A stretch of 64,000 nucleotides of DNA from the human T2T-CHM13v2.0 reference genome, Homo sapiens, in NCBI RefSeq assembly GCF_009914755.1, contig NC_060932.1; one strand, written 5' to 3'. Below the pieces are notes generated by a model. That model made no database searches. It saw nothing but the letters and a program-made list of their open reading frames with translations, and had not been told where the DNA came from. Shown one piece after another: positions 43,365-62,398 of this stretch (within the stretch, counting starts at the first letter, position 1; the number at the start of each line of letters is the position of its first letter). The position numbers and the translations under genes were made by a program.

Positions 43365-43999
43365 CCTCCTAACCAGGCTCTCTGCGTCCAGTTTTTCCCC
43401 AAGCATTACACTTCCCAAAGCATTAGTTCTGATGAAGCTATTCTGCTCAAAACTTCACTATGTTCCAACTCTTCAACCTGGTCTAAAGTCTGCAGCAAGC
43501 TGACTGTCAGCCTATTCCCCCAAAACTCTGCCCTGTGTACTTGCACTGCAGTTAGATGGCAGCTTCTGGCTCCCACATGAGCTCTGGCCTTCCTCCCCTG
43601 AAATGCCTTCCCTGCCCCTCCACTCCTCTGCCCAAAGACACACCACCAGCCTCCAGGGCCAGGCTCCAACAACCTCCTCTCTAGAAGGTTTATTGGACTG
43701 TCCTCTAACCTGGCCTGCGATTTCTTTTCCAATATCCATCCCTCCTGCTTCACTGTTGCCTCCCTAGTCCTTCTCTTCTGGAGAAAATGAACTCTACTCC
43801 TGCCTCCAGGATGGGACACACACACAGGCCTGAGCTATTCAGCACAAGGCATTCTCTTTTCTCAGGGATTGGTTTAGAAATAGGCATGTGACCCACTTAG
43901 AGCCAAAGAAACACCATGAGAGCTTTGCTGAGGTTTCTAAAAAAAGTTCACTCTTCGGAAAGCAGGCCCGGAAATGGCTATCCCCCTGTTCCTCTAGAC

Positions 44000-44170
44000 C
44001 AGTGATTCTCAACCGGGAGTGATTTTGTCACAACTGAAGAGTGGGGGCTGCTACCAGCACCTAGGGGGTAGAGTCTAGGGATGAAACAACCTGCAATTCA
44101 CAGGACAGCCCCTCACAACAAAGCATGATCCGGTCCCAGATATCAATCATGCTGAGGTTAACAAACCCTG
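44000..44170. mobile_element. MER20 hAT MITE inside an older LTR relic (about 43800-44390)
   Basis: cagtgattctcaacc...cacaggacagcccctcacaacaaag...aaaccctg; 8-bp TSD-like CTCTAGAC/CTCCAGAG. Confidence 0.82.
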
Positions 44171-44569
44171 CTCCAGAGCTCATGGTGTTCAGATGTGAGT
44201 GCAAGAACAGCTGCAGCCATTTTGCCATCATGAGAGAAGCAGCCTGAGAATGGGGCCCATGGAGGCACTGGATTCAGCTCATCCCCCAGGCCCTCTCTTC
44301 CCTTGGCTCTCGGGCACGTGGGCCAATACACTTCCTCATGGCTAAGAATGGCTTCAGTTAGGGACTCTGATTTGCAGCCAAAAGATTCCAGCCTGCCACA
44401 GCCCCCACCAGAATGCTCTCCCTTCTCTAAACATTTGGAGAACTTTCTGACTGTCTTGTGGTCCTCACCAGCATGCTACCTTTTATTATAGTTCCCCAAA
44501 TGCTCTCTTAACTCTTCTGAGCAGGGATGTATCTTTCTATCCCTGAAAACTAATAAGAAAAACAGTTGA

Positions 44570-44830
44570 TTTGTTATACACTCTCTTTATGCTGAGTGCG
44601 TTGGTCAACCCAGCATTATCACTTTACGTTCATTCTTTCAACTTATCTTTACGGCAACCCTATAACATAGGTACCGTGGTCCTCAATTTATACAGAGGAA
44701 CCTGAGGCACAGAGAGTTTGAGTAACTTGTCCCGGTCACATAGCTGGCAGATGGGGAAACTGAGGTACGAACCAGAGCCCATGTGGGATACGAAGCCTCT
44801 TGGCAACCATGCCTTGTATTCCAAAGTCCT
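44570..44830 (-). mobile_element. MIR
   Basis: tttatacagaggaacctgaggcacagagagtttgagtaacttgtcccggtcaca. Confidence 0.8.
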
Positions 44831-45435
44831 TGTTACATGCAGAAATGAATGAATGAATGAATGCAGCAAAATTTACTTTTATGGGGATTTATAGATGTTA
44901 AACTATATAACTGGTTGGCAAATACAAGTTGCTGCAATCGTTTGCTGAGTAGTTTAGGAGACGCAACAGGTGAGTGCAGCAGGAGTTGGGTGTCAAATTA
45001 TGAAGTTAGGCCGGCCTGGGTTAGATGTGGAGTCCATGCATGGCCATGGAAAAGGTATTTAGTCTCTCTAAGGCTGTAAAATTAAAATAATAATAAGGGT
45101 GTTTGCCTCACAGAATGGCTGTGAGGATGGGATAAGGTAACGTGCAGTATCTGATTCCACAGTCAGCATTTTGCTCACATTTGCTGACTGAATGCACGCA
45201 TGCGTACATACTACACACATGGATACTTGGCTACCCACGCCCAACCGCATGGAAGACACTCCAGCTGTCATCCTCCTGTGTCCACACACTGACACTTTCC
45301 CCAGTGACCCCAGAATCACCCCAACTTATCTCCTCCTTTACTCTTGGTTCTTTCGGCATTTATTCTTTGTCTTATGCTAGAGAATCTCCTCCTTTCCTTT
45401 CATCCAAATTGCAGCACATGCATCTACTTATCTAG

Positions 45436-45733
<298 letters not shown>

Positions 45734-46012
45734 TCATCTAGACATTTAAACAAGCTTTTACACAAAGCACACAGATAACAACACCCAGAAGAGGCCAGGT
45801 GCTAGAAAGCCGGTATCATCGGTGCACATAGAAAAGCCTCCAGGAAGCCAACCACCCCATCACACTCACCTTTTCACACATTTTCCACTGCTCACATTCC
45901 AACTTTCCAAGGCCCACTAAAAACTACAACCACAGACCATCCATGCACTTCTCCCAGCACGGGGGGACACCAAGTCATACAGTGTTGTCCATCACATCTT
46001 CCCCTTAATGGG

Positions 46013-46397
46013 TGCTATGGACTAAAGTGTGACCCTTGAGGTTCACATGCGAAGCCCTAACCACCAGGGTGACTGTGTTTGGAGACACAGCTGGTAAGGA
46101 GGTAATTAAGGTTAAATGGGGTCATAAGGGTGGGGCCCTGATCTGACAGGTGTGGTGTCCTTCTGGGAAGAGAAAGAGATCCCAGGAGTGTGCGTGCTCA
46201 GTGAAGAGGCCACGTGAGGATGCAGCAAAAATGTGGCCATCTACCTTCTCCAGAAGAGGAGAGAGGCCTCAGAACTCACCCTGCTGACACCTTGATCTTG
46301 GACTTTCAGCCTTCAGAACTATGGGAAAATCGATGTCTGTGGTTCAGGCCACCCAGTCTATAGGATTTTGTTATGGCAGCCCAAGCAGACTAATACA
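46013..46397. mobile_element. MLT1A-like solo LTR
   Basis: tgctatggactaaagtgtg...ttgttatggcagcccaagcagactaataca. Confidence 0.85.
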
Positions 46398-46813
46398 ATA
46401 GGCCTCTTTTTTCACCCCTTAGTCTTAGATAAATACTGCCTTACACTTACATTTTCATCCTTCAGAAACTCTATACAACTAATTAAGAAATAAAACCACA
46501 ACTTGTATGCCAATTGAGAGGTTACAAGATGTTTCCTCATTGTGTAAGCTCATTGATACTGATATCAACACTACCAGATAGGTAGGGCAAGCATTGAGCA
46601 TCCTCATTTTATAGTAGAAAACCAATAAATTTTTAAAAAATGGGTCTAGGGCTTTGCCCGGGGCTACAAGGTGGATGTTTGGTGGAGCTGGTACTCCAAC
46701 CAAGACCCTCAGATCCCAGATTCCCACTCTGTCTTTGCTGAACTGTGTACCTTCCTTGGTCCTTTCAAGACACAGATGAACAACTGTTATGTGCAATTTT
46801 CACTCTCTCCTAA

Positions 46814-47146
<333 letters not shown>

Positions 47147-47252
47147 CGCTAACTCTTTACCTCTTTTGAAGGGAATGGGATGATGCAAAAGAAGCTTGGG
47201 GATCGGGCAGGCCTCCTGGAATATCTGAGTTTTCCCTGGAAGGGTCACTCAC

Positions 47253-47417
47253 CACCAAGCATGCTCTGAGGATGCAGCGGTAAGAAGTCCTGGCGGTCCT
47301 GACCCCTTCTTGCAGAGGCTGCTCCATGCAGGCGAAGCACTGTGCGATGGCCTTCTCCAGCAGCTCAACCTTCTCTTCCGCAAATCTCCGCAGGACACTC
47401 ATGTGCAAGTGTTCATT
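47253..47417 (-). CDS. NUGGC: NUGGC coding exon (165 nt, phase 0-0): NEHLHMSVLRRFAEEKVELLEKAIAQCFACMEQPLQEGVRTARTSYRCILRACLV
   Basis: Acceptor ttgtccctag|AAT, donor GTG|gtgagt; overlaps ORF 47157..47408(-). Confidence 0.94.
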
Positions 47418-48093
47418 CTAGGGACAAGGACCATAAAAGAATCAGGCCACCCCCTCCCTAAGGGCACCTTCTCCTGAAGCTTTGCTTTCTTTAAGCTTGT
47501 CACCAGCTCAAGATTCAGCTTATCACTCAGAGCTGACTTCTCTTTATTGTCCCCATAAGACCTCACTCAGTGCACAGACCCCTTTAGGCTTTGTGGGGTT
47601 AGAGAATAGAACAAATACCTGCCTGGTGCAACTTATTTCATTTCTTAAAAATCACAGTCTCTGCTTATTCAGCAACTTATTTCAGCTGTGTAATCCATCA
47701 GGTTATTTGGGGAAGTAGCTATCCACATAGAAATCCAATTGTTATTAAAACAGATTTTTCCAATGACATCTGATTCAACAAACATTTCACGAGCTTTGAC
47801 TCTGCACAAAGGAGTTTTTAAGGATAATGCTTCTTAAATTTTAACATGCATACAAATCAACAGGAGATCTTAAAATCTGAAATCCAAGGTCCTGGGATTC
47901 TGCATTTCTAGCCAGTCCTCAAGTAATGCTGGTCTTCCGAGCTATGGACCACACTTTGCATAGCAAAGCTACAGGACCACAAAAATAAATCCATGCTTCC
48001 TTCTTCAAAGAATACAGTCTAATCAGGGAGAAAACATATATTCAAATAATACAAGGAAGTGACCACCAGAGAAAGCCTTGACCCCTAGGTGCC

Positions 48094-48440
48094 TGATATG
48101 GTTTGCTGTGTACCCACCCAAATATCATTTTGAATTGTAGCTCCCATAATTCCACGTGTTGTGGGGGGGACCTGGTGGGAGATAATTGAATCATGGGATT
48201 GGCTTTCCCCATACTGTTCTCATGGTAGTGAATGAGTCTCATGAGATCTGATGGTTTTATAAGGAGAAACCTTATAAAACCTTATAAAACATGCCACCAT
48301 GTAAGACATGCCTTTTGCCCACAATGATTGTGAGGCCTCCCCAGGCACATGGAACTGTGAGTCCATTAAACCTCATTTTCTCTATAAATTACCCAGTCTC
48401 GGGTATGTCTTTATCAGCAGCATGAAAATGGACTAATACA
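48094..48440. mobile_element. THE1 solo LTR
   Basis: tgatatggtttgctgtgtacccaccc...aaatggactaataca; TSD-like GTGCC/GTTCC. Confidence 0.88.
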
Positions 48441-50499
48441 GTTCCAGACTGGGAACTCATAGTGTTGTTCCCCACATGGGAACCTTGGTGGGCCCCACAG
48501 TGCCTGCAGCAGTCAGAGCCACACTCCCCAGCTTGGCCTTTAAGGCACCTCATAGCCAGAACTCACTCCACCTCTCTAGCACCACCATCTCTGTTTGCCT
48601 GACACATCCTGCCAAGTAGCTACCCCTGGACTTGCTGCTATTCCCCAAACATGCTGTCAATCTTGTGCCCTCTGGGCCTTGCTGATTTCATCTTTGTTAC
48701 TTCGGAGACAAAGCTCAAAGGTCCTTCCCATGAGGCACCTTCCCTGAGTCCCCAGGTAGAGGTGGGGCTCTCTGTCCTGTGCTCCCACTGCACTTCCCAC
48801 AGTCCTGCACCACAGCACGTCTCCTGCCTCCTGCCGTATGACATCTCTCTCGTTCCCTGTGTCTTCTTCCCTGGATAGGAACTTGCCAAAGGAGCAGGCT
48901 CTTAGTCATGCTCTTTTATTCCAGGGCACAGCACAGAGAGCAAAACCCATAGACATTTGTGGATTGAACGAGTGGCCCAGAGAAACTGCGAGATAATTTG
49001 GGCTTTTAAATTCTATTTCAAATAGACAGAAATAGCTCTCGAATCGATGTGTGACCTGATACAGGTGATTTAACTTCTCTGATTCTCAACGGTATCATCT
49101 TTAAGTGAATTGGGTTGAATGATCTTGAAAACAACCTCACACTCTAAAATGCTGTGAATCTTGGAGTAAATACGTTTTAGAGTTTATGGAGACTGTTTAG
49201 CATTCGGTGCACCCCGGGAATTTCCCTCATTTTCACCATTAAGAATTCTACAAAGCATTTTTCCCAGGACATCCTTTAGATTCTTTTGAATTTGTGGTGT
49301 CACCAGTGATGAAAATGAAAGAAGAAAGAAGTCATGGAAAGAAAAGCTATGGGCATGATTCTCACAATGCCTCACTCTCGATAAATCCTTGTTGAATAAA
49401 CACAAGAATGATAAGAAAGGGAAGAGCGGAGAATAAAAGAACAATAAGAAACAAAGAAGCTGGCACTTAGTATGAATAAACGCAGACCTCATTTGACATT
49501 GAGATGTGGTCATCAACTTCCTATGGATTCTTAAAAATAATGATTGCTCATTTAAAATCACTACTCAAACTCCAAATTTTTGGTTTCAGTGATCATCTTT
49601 GAAAAAAAATCAATCACACACATATTTAGATTTGATTTTTCAGAATTCAAAGGAACTGACAAATTCTTGCCTTCCAACTTTCTATCAAAGAGCTAAGAGT
49701 AAGACCAATACCTAAGGCCAAGGAATTTTGAGCAAAGTTGCCAGCAACTCCCTAACATAGCTATTGCAGAATTGCCAGTCAGCCCCCTTCTCCTCTATGT
49801 TTTCCACTGCTTGGAGTCTGGCTGCAAGGGTGAATCTGAGCCCCTCTGAGCTCTGCACTTCCATATTAGCAAAGAAAACACGTGGGGTGGGCACTTCTGG
49901 CCTTGATGGCAAAATGCCTTGTCCTAATGTTTGTAAAATACACCAACCTCACACAGCCCACATCGGATTCATTTTCCATCAGCACTTCCAAAAGCAATCT
50001 TGTGCTGGGCAAAGAGACAAATTTCACCCTGAAGAACTGTTTTGGGAAATTGGAAGGTCAAACCCTTCCCCAACGATTTCAGCGGACAAAGTCAAATAAG
50101 AAAATCTCAGATTCCAAGAGTTTTGTTTTGTTTTTGTCTTGTACAACTAGACCAAAACAAGTCATAAGAAATAGATTTAAAAAAGATTGAATTTTGCTCT
50201 ATATGCCCCTTTTATGCAGAAGAAAGACCCCACACCACTAAAGACTTTTTACAAGCATTTATACACAACCAAAGGCTCCAGGTGGCACTGCTTACTCCCA
50301 CATGGAAGTCAGGTCTCGAGTGTCTGCCTCCCCTTGCCACCCCACAGGGTCATCATTGGCCCACCTTCCCCATCCTGAGGACCAGCTCCTCGACCACTCA
50401 CAAAGCCCTATTCATGTACTTCCTCTACCCCTTCCCTGTTCCGGCATAACAAGAAGACAAACATCTTGACTGTGCACATCTGATGGGTGAAGGCAAGTG

Positions 50500-51040
50500 T
50501 GCAAATAAGTGAAAACCAACCAAATGAGGACAAGCAGAGGCTGTTTATTCACAGCTCACTACAGCAACAGAGTCAGCCACCATCATTTGAGTTCAGCAGA
50601 GACTCAAAAGCAGGCAGGGGAGTGGAAAAGCTTCATGGTGGACAAAAGGAAAGGCTTCGGGGTGCCCTGATTGGAGGCTGTTGGCCTGGGGACACTAAAG
50701 ACGGGCTAGCTAAAAGCAGAGCAGCCAATGTGGTTGGTTAGGCATAGACATTTGGTTTTCCCGGTTGGTAGTAAGTTGGAAGCAGGAACAGAGATTAGGG
50801 AAGTTATTCATCAAGTCCCGGCCATCTGGTGCTGATTGTTACAGAGTTATTCTTTAGCCTCCTGGGTTGTTATTAGAGATAGCAGTTTGACTTCCTGAAG
50901 TCTGACTTACAGACAGAAGGCTTCCTGGGCTGTTTATTGTAGATAAGAGGTTGGTTTCTGGGCAGGTGGCTGCAGGTTGTGGTCAGAGATCTATTTTTAC
51001 ACACGGTCCAGCAATTGTCTTTGCATATTCTATCTCTCAT
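50500..51040 (-). mobile_element. ERV LTR, family uncertain (MER89/MER90-like)
   Basis: The minus strand starts TGAGAGATAGAATATGCAAAG, has CCAAT boxes, and has AATAAA near its 3' end. Confidence 0.55.
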
Positions 51041-51728
51041 AAGGAGACAACACAGCTGGTGACTGACGACAGTAAGAGGTTTTTCTCCAAAACCCCCCAA
51101 GTCTCTAATCTAGCAGCTTATCCCTCTTATTTTAGGGTTAAAAAGAAACCATCCATGAAAGAGATACATATGTCAATTACTATGAGAAAAGTAATTTTAA
51201 CTACTTTTTCAGAAGGCCTGCATTCTTGCCAGTGAAGATAACTATTGAAACTCTACTGAAATTCCCTCCAAGCTTCCATCCTCTCACATTATTTTCCTGT
51301 GCTCTTCTGAGCTTGAGATTCTGACAGCACCAGAGACAGATGAAATATTTTTGGACTGTATACATAAACACGCCTCTCCAGGGTAACCAAGAAGTGTCTA
51401 TATTCCACTAGAAGCAAGCCAAATCACACCTGCCATCGCTTAAACACATTCCACCTTGTTCGAGTCTCAGGAGAGTTGGAAAATAGCTACTATTTTGACA
51501 TTTTTCTCTCAGCCCATCTGTCCCAGGTAAAATATTACTCCTTTCTCTTTTACCCAAATGTTATGATTTTAACCCTCTAATTATCTTTTTGTCCTTTTAG
51601 ACTCACTGAACTTCATATCTTCCTTTAATATGAAAAGAAAAAATATCATAAGTTAATTTTCTAACTTGGTAAAAGGAAATGTCCTGCCCAGGAAGGGGGA
51701 GAATATGAAAACCCAGTGTCTTCCATAC

Positions 51729-51862
51729 CGGCAGGTTTTGCGTGGAGTTGAAACTATCTGTGAGGAGCAACAGGCCAAAGGCTTCAGTCACATACTTGGT
51801 CACTGTCCTCTTCTTCTTGTCCAAGAGGCTCTTCCTGATGTATTCTCTTAACTTAGGGATTT
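51729..51862 (-). CDS. NUGGC: NUGGC coding exon (134 nt): (E)IPKLREYIRKSLLDKKKRTVTKYVTEAFGLLLLTDSFNSTQNLP
   Basis: Acceptor gaattccag|AA, donor CCG|gtatgg; phase 1 start matches the previous exon. Confidence 0.93.
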
Positions 51863-52882
51863 CTGGAATTCACAGGCAGCACAAATAATTGTTAAAGGCC
51901 AGAAGTTTGTGGTCAATAGAATTCATAAAAGTTGAAAGACCAAGGTGGCGATATGAATGAAGTAGAGTTGAGATCCCAAGTGGGCTGGATGCCTACAGAA
52001 CCAACCTTTCTGAAAAGCACTTTTCCCATGTCTAGGATCAATGACAGTGATGAATGGTAGATCAGCAATACTGCATATTCATTTTATTTAGCCGTATTAA
52101 AAAAACTACATGGAAAAGTACAGGCTAGTTGAAAACATGGGCTCTTTCCTTTGAACAGCTATCACCTGCAGAGGTAAACCAAAGTGCTCAGAATTCTAGA
52201 GTCCCAGCCCTTCAGTCCCCCTAGACTTTTCTACCTATATCAACTAACCCTTAACACCAGAATAGCCCATGCTTGCTGTAGAAAGGAACAAGAACCTCTG
52301 ACATGCAGGATTCTAGATGTGACAGGATTCCTGTCACATCCTAACCCATTGTCTGTCAGAAGATAATAGATGCCACTCTACCCTTTTCCCCATTATTCCC
52401 ATATGTGTCAATTTCTCTATATTATTCCTTCCATATACCATGCTAATTTTGTCTTTTATACCCTTAATCAAGCAGTTCCCCCATCTCTGGGAACATTTCA
52501 CACCTTCTGCTCCTTAACCTCCATTCACATACCTACACGTCTAGTCAAATGCATGCACGTTGCAAGCCATATCAAGTTCAGATGAGAATGCAGTCCTGAC
52601 CCTGCCTGCCCACCCACTTTCCACTGAGTATCTAGCGCACGCAGAGCTCTAGGTTCCCCGGGCTTCTATTGCACTCATGGTCAGCAACAACTAAACCTTA
52701 TTTTTACTTCAGTTTTTGCATTTGGGTTAGTATTAGCTCCTCATCCAGATTTCAAGTTCTGTGAAGAAAGAGCCATGCCTTATGCTTTCACTGCCTCACA
52801 GACAAAATATACAATAGTCACTCAGGAAACAATTCTAATGCCTGAAGCTGGGTGGGAGGGGACTAAGGAAATGATAACCCAA

Positions 52883-53468
<586 letters not shown>

Positions 53469-53707
53469 CAACCCAATTATTTGACCTTTACCAACCCATG
53501 GTAAGATTTGGAGGCAAGAGGAACTGTGGTCTCTGGCACCACAACAATGCAGAGAGGAAAATATCCTTATTTGCAATTGGTATTGAAACCATGGCAAGCT
53601 GGAAAAAAATTGTTTGTGTGGCACAAAAAGTTCTAGAGCAGGAAATTCGAAGTGCCAAGCTTGATCTTGAGAATTTTAGTGATGGAGATTTAAAAAACAT
53701 AAATTAC

Positions 53708-53813
53708 CCGTTTCCTCCTCGGTGAGGAGAGCCTGCTGCCAGTACTCCTGGGCGCTGACTGTATACACCAGATCTGAGGCTTCCAGAACCTTGAAGTCAG
53801 CTGGCAGTTTTCT
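53708..53813 (-). CDS. NUGGC: NUGGC coding exon (106 nt): RKLPADFKVLEASDLVYTVSAQEYWQQALLTEEET(E)
   Basis: Acceptor ctctcacttcag|AGA, donor ACGG|gtaatt; overlaps ORF 53676..53885(-). Confidence 0.93.
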
Positions 53814-54162
53814 CTGAAGTGAGAGAGTCACACAGAAAACAGAATAACTCAAACCATAGCAAAGGCAATCATGCACAGGACCCACAAGAGCCTTCAGCCA
53901 ATTTCAGCTCACTCATTTTCAGTTCTCCATGACCCTCTCTGGGAACAGACAATGTTCTCAATGTCTGGTGTTGCCATCTGTCCACTCCTAACAAGGTCAG
54001 AAGTTATGAGGAAACTGCTGCATAGAAACTATTCTCTTGGGAGTTAATATCAATTCTAGAAGAAAATGTGTAGAGAAAATAATTCAAAGTTGTATTTAAA
54101 TGTTCAGAGGGGGAATAATACCAGGATCCTTTCTCAAAAAAGAAACACATGTCTGGAATAGG

Positions 54163-54688
54163 CAGTGATGTGCTGCAGCCAGCTCGTACCAGCTCCTGAA
54201 AGCCAACAGCACACATCACTTTCCTACTCTGCATTCAGTGACGTCACACTGGTAGCTTGAAATTGACAATGTTGGGACTGTTCCAGTCCTGAATCTCAAA
54301 CTGATAACCCAAATCCATAACCACATTGTGATCCCTAATCTTCAACCAAATAATTCCAGCTGACATGTGACCACAGCTTATCAATACTAAGAGGCACATC
54401 ATTTCCCTGTTTAAGATTTCTGAAATTGAGATGCATCTTGCAACTGCTATAGACCAGGTGACAATCACAAGGTGGTTGTCACTGCCTGCGTGTTATGGGC
54501 TGAAATGTATCCCCCTCCAAAATTCAAATGTTGAGGTCCCAATCTCCACTAACTCCTATTTACACCACAGGAATTGGCAAATGGTACACATCAGCCTTTT
54601 GGGTTTTTTGTTTGTTTGTTTGTTTTGGGGGATTTTTTTGTTTTTAAACAAAGAGCTAGTTGTTAAACATTTACAAGCGCAACGCAAC
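54163..54688. mobile_element. MER63-like hAT MITE split by a roughly 280-bp foreign insert
   Basis: cagtgatgtgctgcagccagctcgtaccagctc...ggtagcttgaaattgacaatgttggga | tatttacaccacaggaattggcaaa...gttgttaaacatttac. Confidence 0.78.
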
Positions 54689-54784
54689 ACAAACCTGGCT
54701 AAGGTCCTAGAAAAGTGACAGTTTCTTAAGTAGTTAGTGAGTAATCATACACATTTTAATGCAGACTAATGTTGAAACATTAGT

Positions 54785-55081
<297 letters not shown>

Positions 55082-56003
55082 TCAAGCAATTAAGAATTAT
55101 TTGAGGGAGTCTTTTTTTGTGCTTAGAAAAACAGTGTCGTGGAGAAGTCATACTAGAATCATATAGAAATAGCATTACATATTCTTTCATTCTTCTTACT
55201 TAAAAAAAAAGAGAAAAACATTCACCTATAGAATGTGCATGTGCGTGTGTGGGTATTTGAGGGAGGTAGAAAGCAGTGAAGAGTTGTCAATCTCTTTCTG
55301 ATGCAAAGATATAAAGAGCTGAGTGAGTAGACGCCTTGCAGTCCACTGGGACTGGTGAGAAGCCGTGTCCCTGGCAAGCTATAAGCACGTGTAGTTAAGG
55401 CTGGAATACGGATATCTGTGCAGACTGCCAGAAGCCCACCCCCACCAACCCCCTTATAGAGTGAGCTGAAGTTGCAAAAAGAATCTATCTGCTGAGATTT
55501 TGCTTTGATTGAGTTTTCACTCTAGGAAAAAGTTTAGGGAAAGCTGAAACTATTTTCTACTGGGAGATGAAATTAATGTAGAATTAAGTTTAAGTAGAGT
55601 TTTAAAGCAGTTCCAAGAAAGGCATGTGCTTAGCTGTGTCCAGATGTTTGCATTATTTAAAATCTGGACCTAAATCTTGTATAACTTTTCTAAAAATTAC
55701 TGAAGATTAGTTAACATTTATGCTTTTTATTGTAGTAAAAAGAAATGTTTTTATAGTGTCAGTGAAGTGACTCTAGTATAAAGGGTTCATATTATTGTAA
55801 AAGAGAAGTAGAAACAGCTATAGCTAGAGGTAGGATCCAAGATGTTAGTAGATATTCATTAAATTATGCAACAGAAACATTACACACTGTTCTAATTTAA
55901 ACACATGGCTTGTCATAATAAAACGTAACACAATATATTAAAGTTTGTAAAAAGATGTTGTATGTGAGAGAGGAGAAAACGTGGAAGCTCAAACCAGAAG
56001 GGA

Positions 56004-58237
<2,234 letters not shown>

Positions 58238-58394
58238 CTAGAAAGCCTCGTTACTATAGGATGGGGCCCAAATCAGGCATCTTGGAAGGATCTATGTGCC
58301 TGTGTCTCAGCCTTGAATCTCAAACTAGTAACTCAAATCCATAACTACATTGTGATCCCCAATCTTCAACCACTTAACTTCAGCTGATATGTGA

Positions 58395-59350
58395 CTACAG
58401 CTTATCAATACTAAGAGGCACATTGTTTCCCCGTTTAATATTTTTGAAATTGAGGTGCATCTTGCAACTGCTGCAGACCAGGTGGCAGTCACAAGGTGGT
58501 TGTCACTGCCTGTGTGTTATGGGCTGAAATGTATCCCCCTCCAAAATTCACATGTTGAGGTCCTAATCTCCACTACCTAAAAATGTGACCTTATATGGAA
58601 ATTGGGTCATTGAGGATGAAATGTATTAAGATGAAGTCATAATGGAGTAGGGTGGGCCCCTAATCCAATGACTGGTGTCTTTAAAAAAAGGGGAAATTTG
58701 GATACAGAGACACACACATGAGGAGAATGGCATATGAAGACTGGAGTTGTGCTGCCACAAGCCAGGAATTACCAGAAGCAAGCAGACAGAACTGTACCAG
58801 ATCCTTCCTGCAGTTTCAGAGGGAGCATGGCGCTGCTAATACCTTGATTTTGGACTTCCAGCCTCCAGAACTGGGAGATAATAATTTTCTGTCGTTCCAA
58901 GCTACCCAGCTGTGGTGCTTAGGAGGTTCATACACTGCACATGGGTGAACTTGGTCACAGCTGTTCACATTGCCCTTCCTTCTAATGAGTTGTGTGCATT
59001 ACTTAACTGCCATTTAATATGTCTTTTAAAAGATTATGTTATGATTCAGCATTGAAAGGTCAGCATTTTCCAGGCCGTTACATCGAAAGGCCTGGAAATG
59101 GAAACGTGGGGCATATACTTGATGTTAGTGGAAGTATGGTTGGTGTAGACAGTAATTCCAGATTTTTTTGCAAAGCAACACCTAAGTGCTTCATGGGACC
59201 TAGGAAAGGGAGACATCCACATGTAGATGAAGGTGGGTTGTGTTTTGATACTGAGGTGTATGCAAAGTGACTGCCTATCCCACACCCAGCCAAAAAAAAA
59301 AGTGATGGAAACTCAAAGAATGCCTTATAAAGAACTTCTGTCTCATGTTT
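58395..59350 (+). mobile_element. Kanga1/Tc2-like (pogo superfamily) DNA transposon relic, interrupted by an MLT1 LTR (about 58515-58920)
   Basis: ORF 59019..59270 MSFKRLCYDSALK...CKATPKCFMGPRKGRHPHVDE resembles the decayed N-terminal DNA-binding region of Tc2/pogo transposases. Confidence 0.7.
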
Positions 59351-59378
59351 TCTGTGATTAAAACTAAATTTGCTCCAA

Positions 59379-59698
59379 GGCTAGGCATTGTGGCTCACAC
59401 CTGTAATCCCAGTGCTTTGGGAGGCCCAAGCAGGAGAATTGCTTGAGCCCAGGAATTAGAGACCAGCCTGGGCAACATACCCTGTCTCTACAAAAAATTT
59501 AAAAATTAGCTGGATGTGGTGGTGCATACCGGTATACCGGTAGTCCTAGCTCCTTGGGAGGCTGGTGGTGGTCAGGGGGTGCGGAGTGCGGGCAGGAAGA
59601 TAGCTTGAGCCCAGGAATTCAACGTTGCAGTGAGTTATCATTGTGCCACTACACTCCAGCCTGGCTAACAGAGTGAGACCCATCTGGGAAAAAAAAAA
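59379..59698 (+). mobile_element. AluJ with small internal insertions
   Basis: Diverged Alu dimer. Confidence 0.85.
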
Positions 59699-59959
59699 GT
59701 TCCAAACAACGGCATGTAGTACAAGTAAAGGTTTCACAATAATTCAAACTGAAATAAAGTGGTTGGAGAATGAAGGCATCACCTTGCCATCAGAGGTGTG
59801 GGTTTTAGGCCTCAGAAGAACTTGCACCATAGCGGTGACAGCTATAGTCACCCTGCAAACTGATGTATTGCTGCCCAGGCCCTAACTCATACAAACCAAT
59901 TCGGCATGTTTACTGGCATAGTTGTAAATTGTGTATTGAAGTATTCTACGTTTCCATTT

Positions 59960-60315
59960 CCAGGGATAATATGATCAGGCACTCATACAATGCATATTTA
60001 TTTAATACCAACAAGAACAATTCAACAGACCAAGACCAGCTGTACTAAGTTTTGCCTCGTTAAAACTGGCATTCAAGAATTGCCTGATAGAATATTTTGG
60101 CTTAAGTATGAGGCCTAATGATATTGCGCTAGAAACAAAAGCTTTGAAATTTTCAATTCCACGTTGCACAACAGACATTTTCTGTATCAATATTATTGAA
60201 GGCAAAATACAGAAAGAAATTGAATATAGAGCTGGTCATCGGCCAAATGTTTTTACTATTGAATCCAATACCGAAGATTTTGTTTCAGCCAAACATATCA
60301 TCTGTCACATGGTAC
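59960..60315 (+). mobile_element. Decayed Charlie/Buster-type hAT transposase C-terminus
   Basis: Frameshifted peptide WLSMRPNDIALETKALKFSIP..TT...KAKYRKKLNIE resembles the hAT dimerisation domain. Confidence 0.55.
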
Positions 60316-60399
60316 TTACTCTGATATATCCCTTATGTTGTGTTGTTTATATTTTATCTTAAACTTGGTTTTAGTTTTATAGTTGTACAAGACTATTAT

Positions 60400-62081
<1,682 letters not shown>

Positions 62082-62165
62082 CTACACAATACCAGGCATA
62101 CATTTGTCTCCCAAAATCTAGTTGCTGGGATACAGAAAAACACATAGAGAAACCTATTAACTCAC

Positions 62166-62255
62166 CTTCAGTTTTTCCTTGAGAATTCTAGTCCTTTGTA
62201 GTTTTATCATTTCATTTCTTTCTAAAACAGCCTCTCGCTGACTCTGAATAGCTTG
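62166..62255 (-). CDS. NUGGC: NUGGC coding exon (90 nt, phase 0-0): QAIQSQREAVLERNEMIKLQRTRILKEKLK
   Basis: Acceptor tttcacaacctag|CAA, donor AAG|gtgagt; joins in frame to the next exon. Confidence 0.9.
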
Positions 62256-62398
62256 CTAGGTTGTGAAAGGAAATAGAAGCATGCAGAGAGTAGCGTTATC
62301 AACAGTGATGAGGTGGCAAGATGCACATTTTTTTGGCAGATTTTCATTTGGTCCAAACAGTCAAATATGCATGCACTGTATTAGAATTATACACAGTT

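Noticed and set aside
59019-59270. Pogo/Tc2-like ORF as a possible POGK-like gene
   Set aside because: It is short and decayed, lacks a catalytic domain, and is flanked by LTR and Alu insertions.
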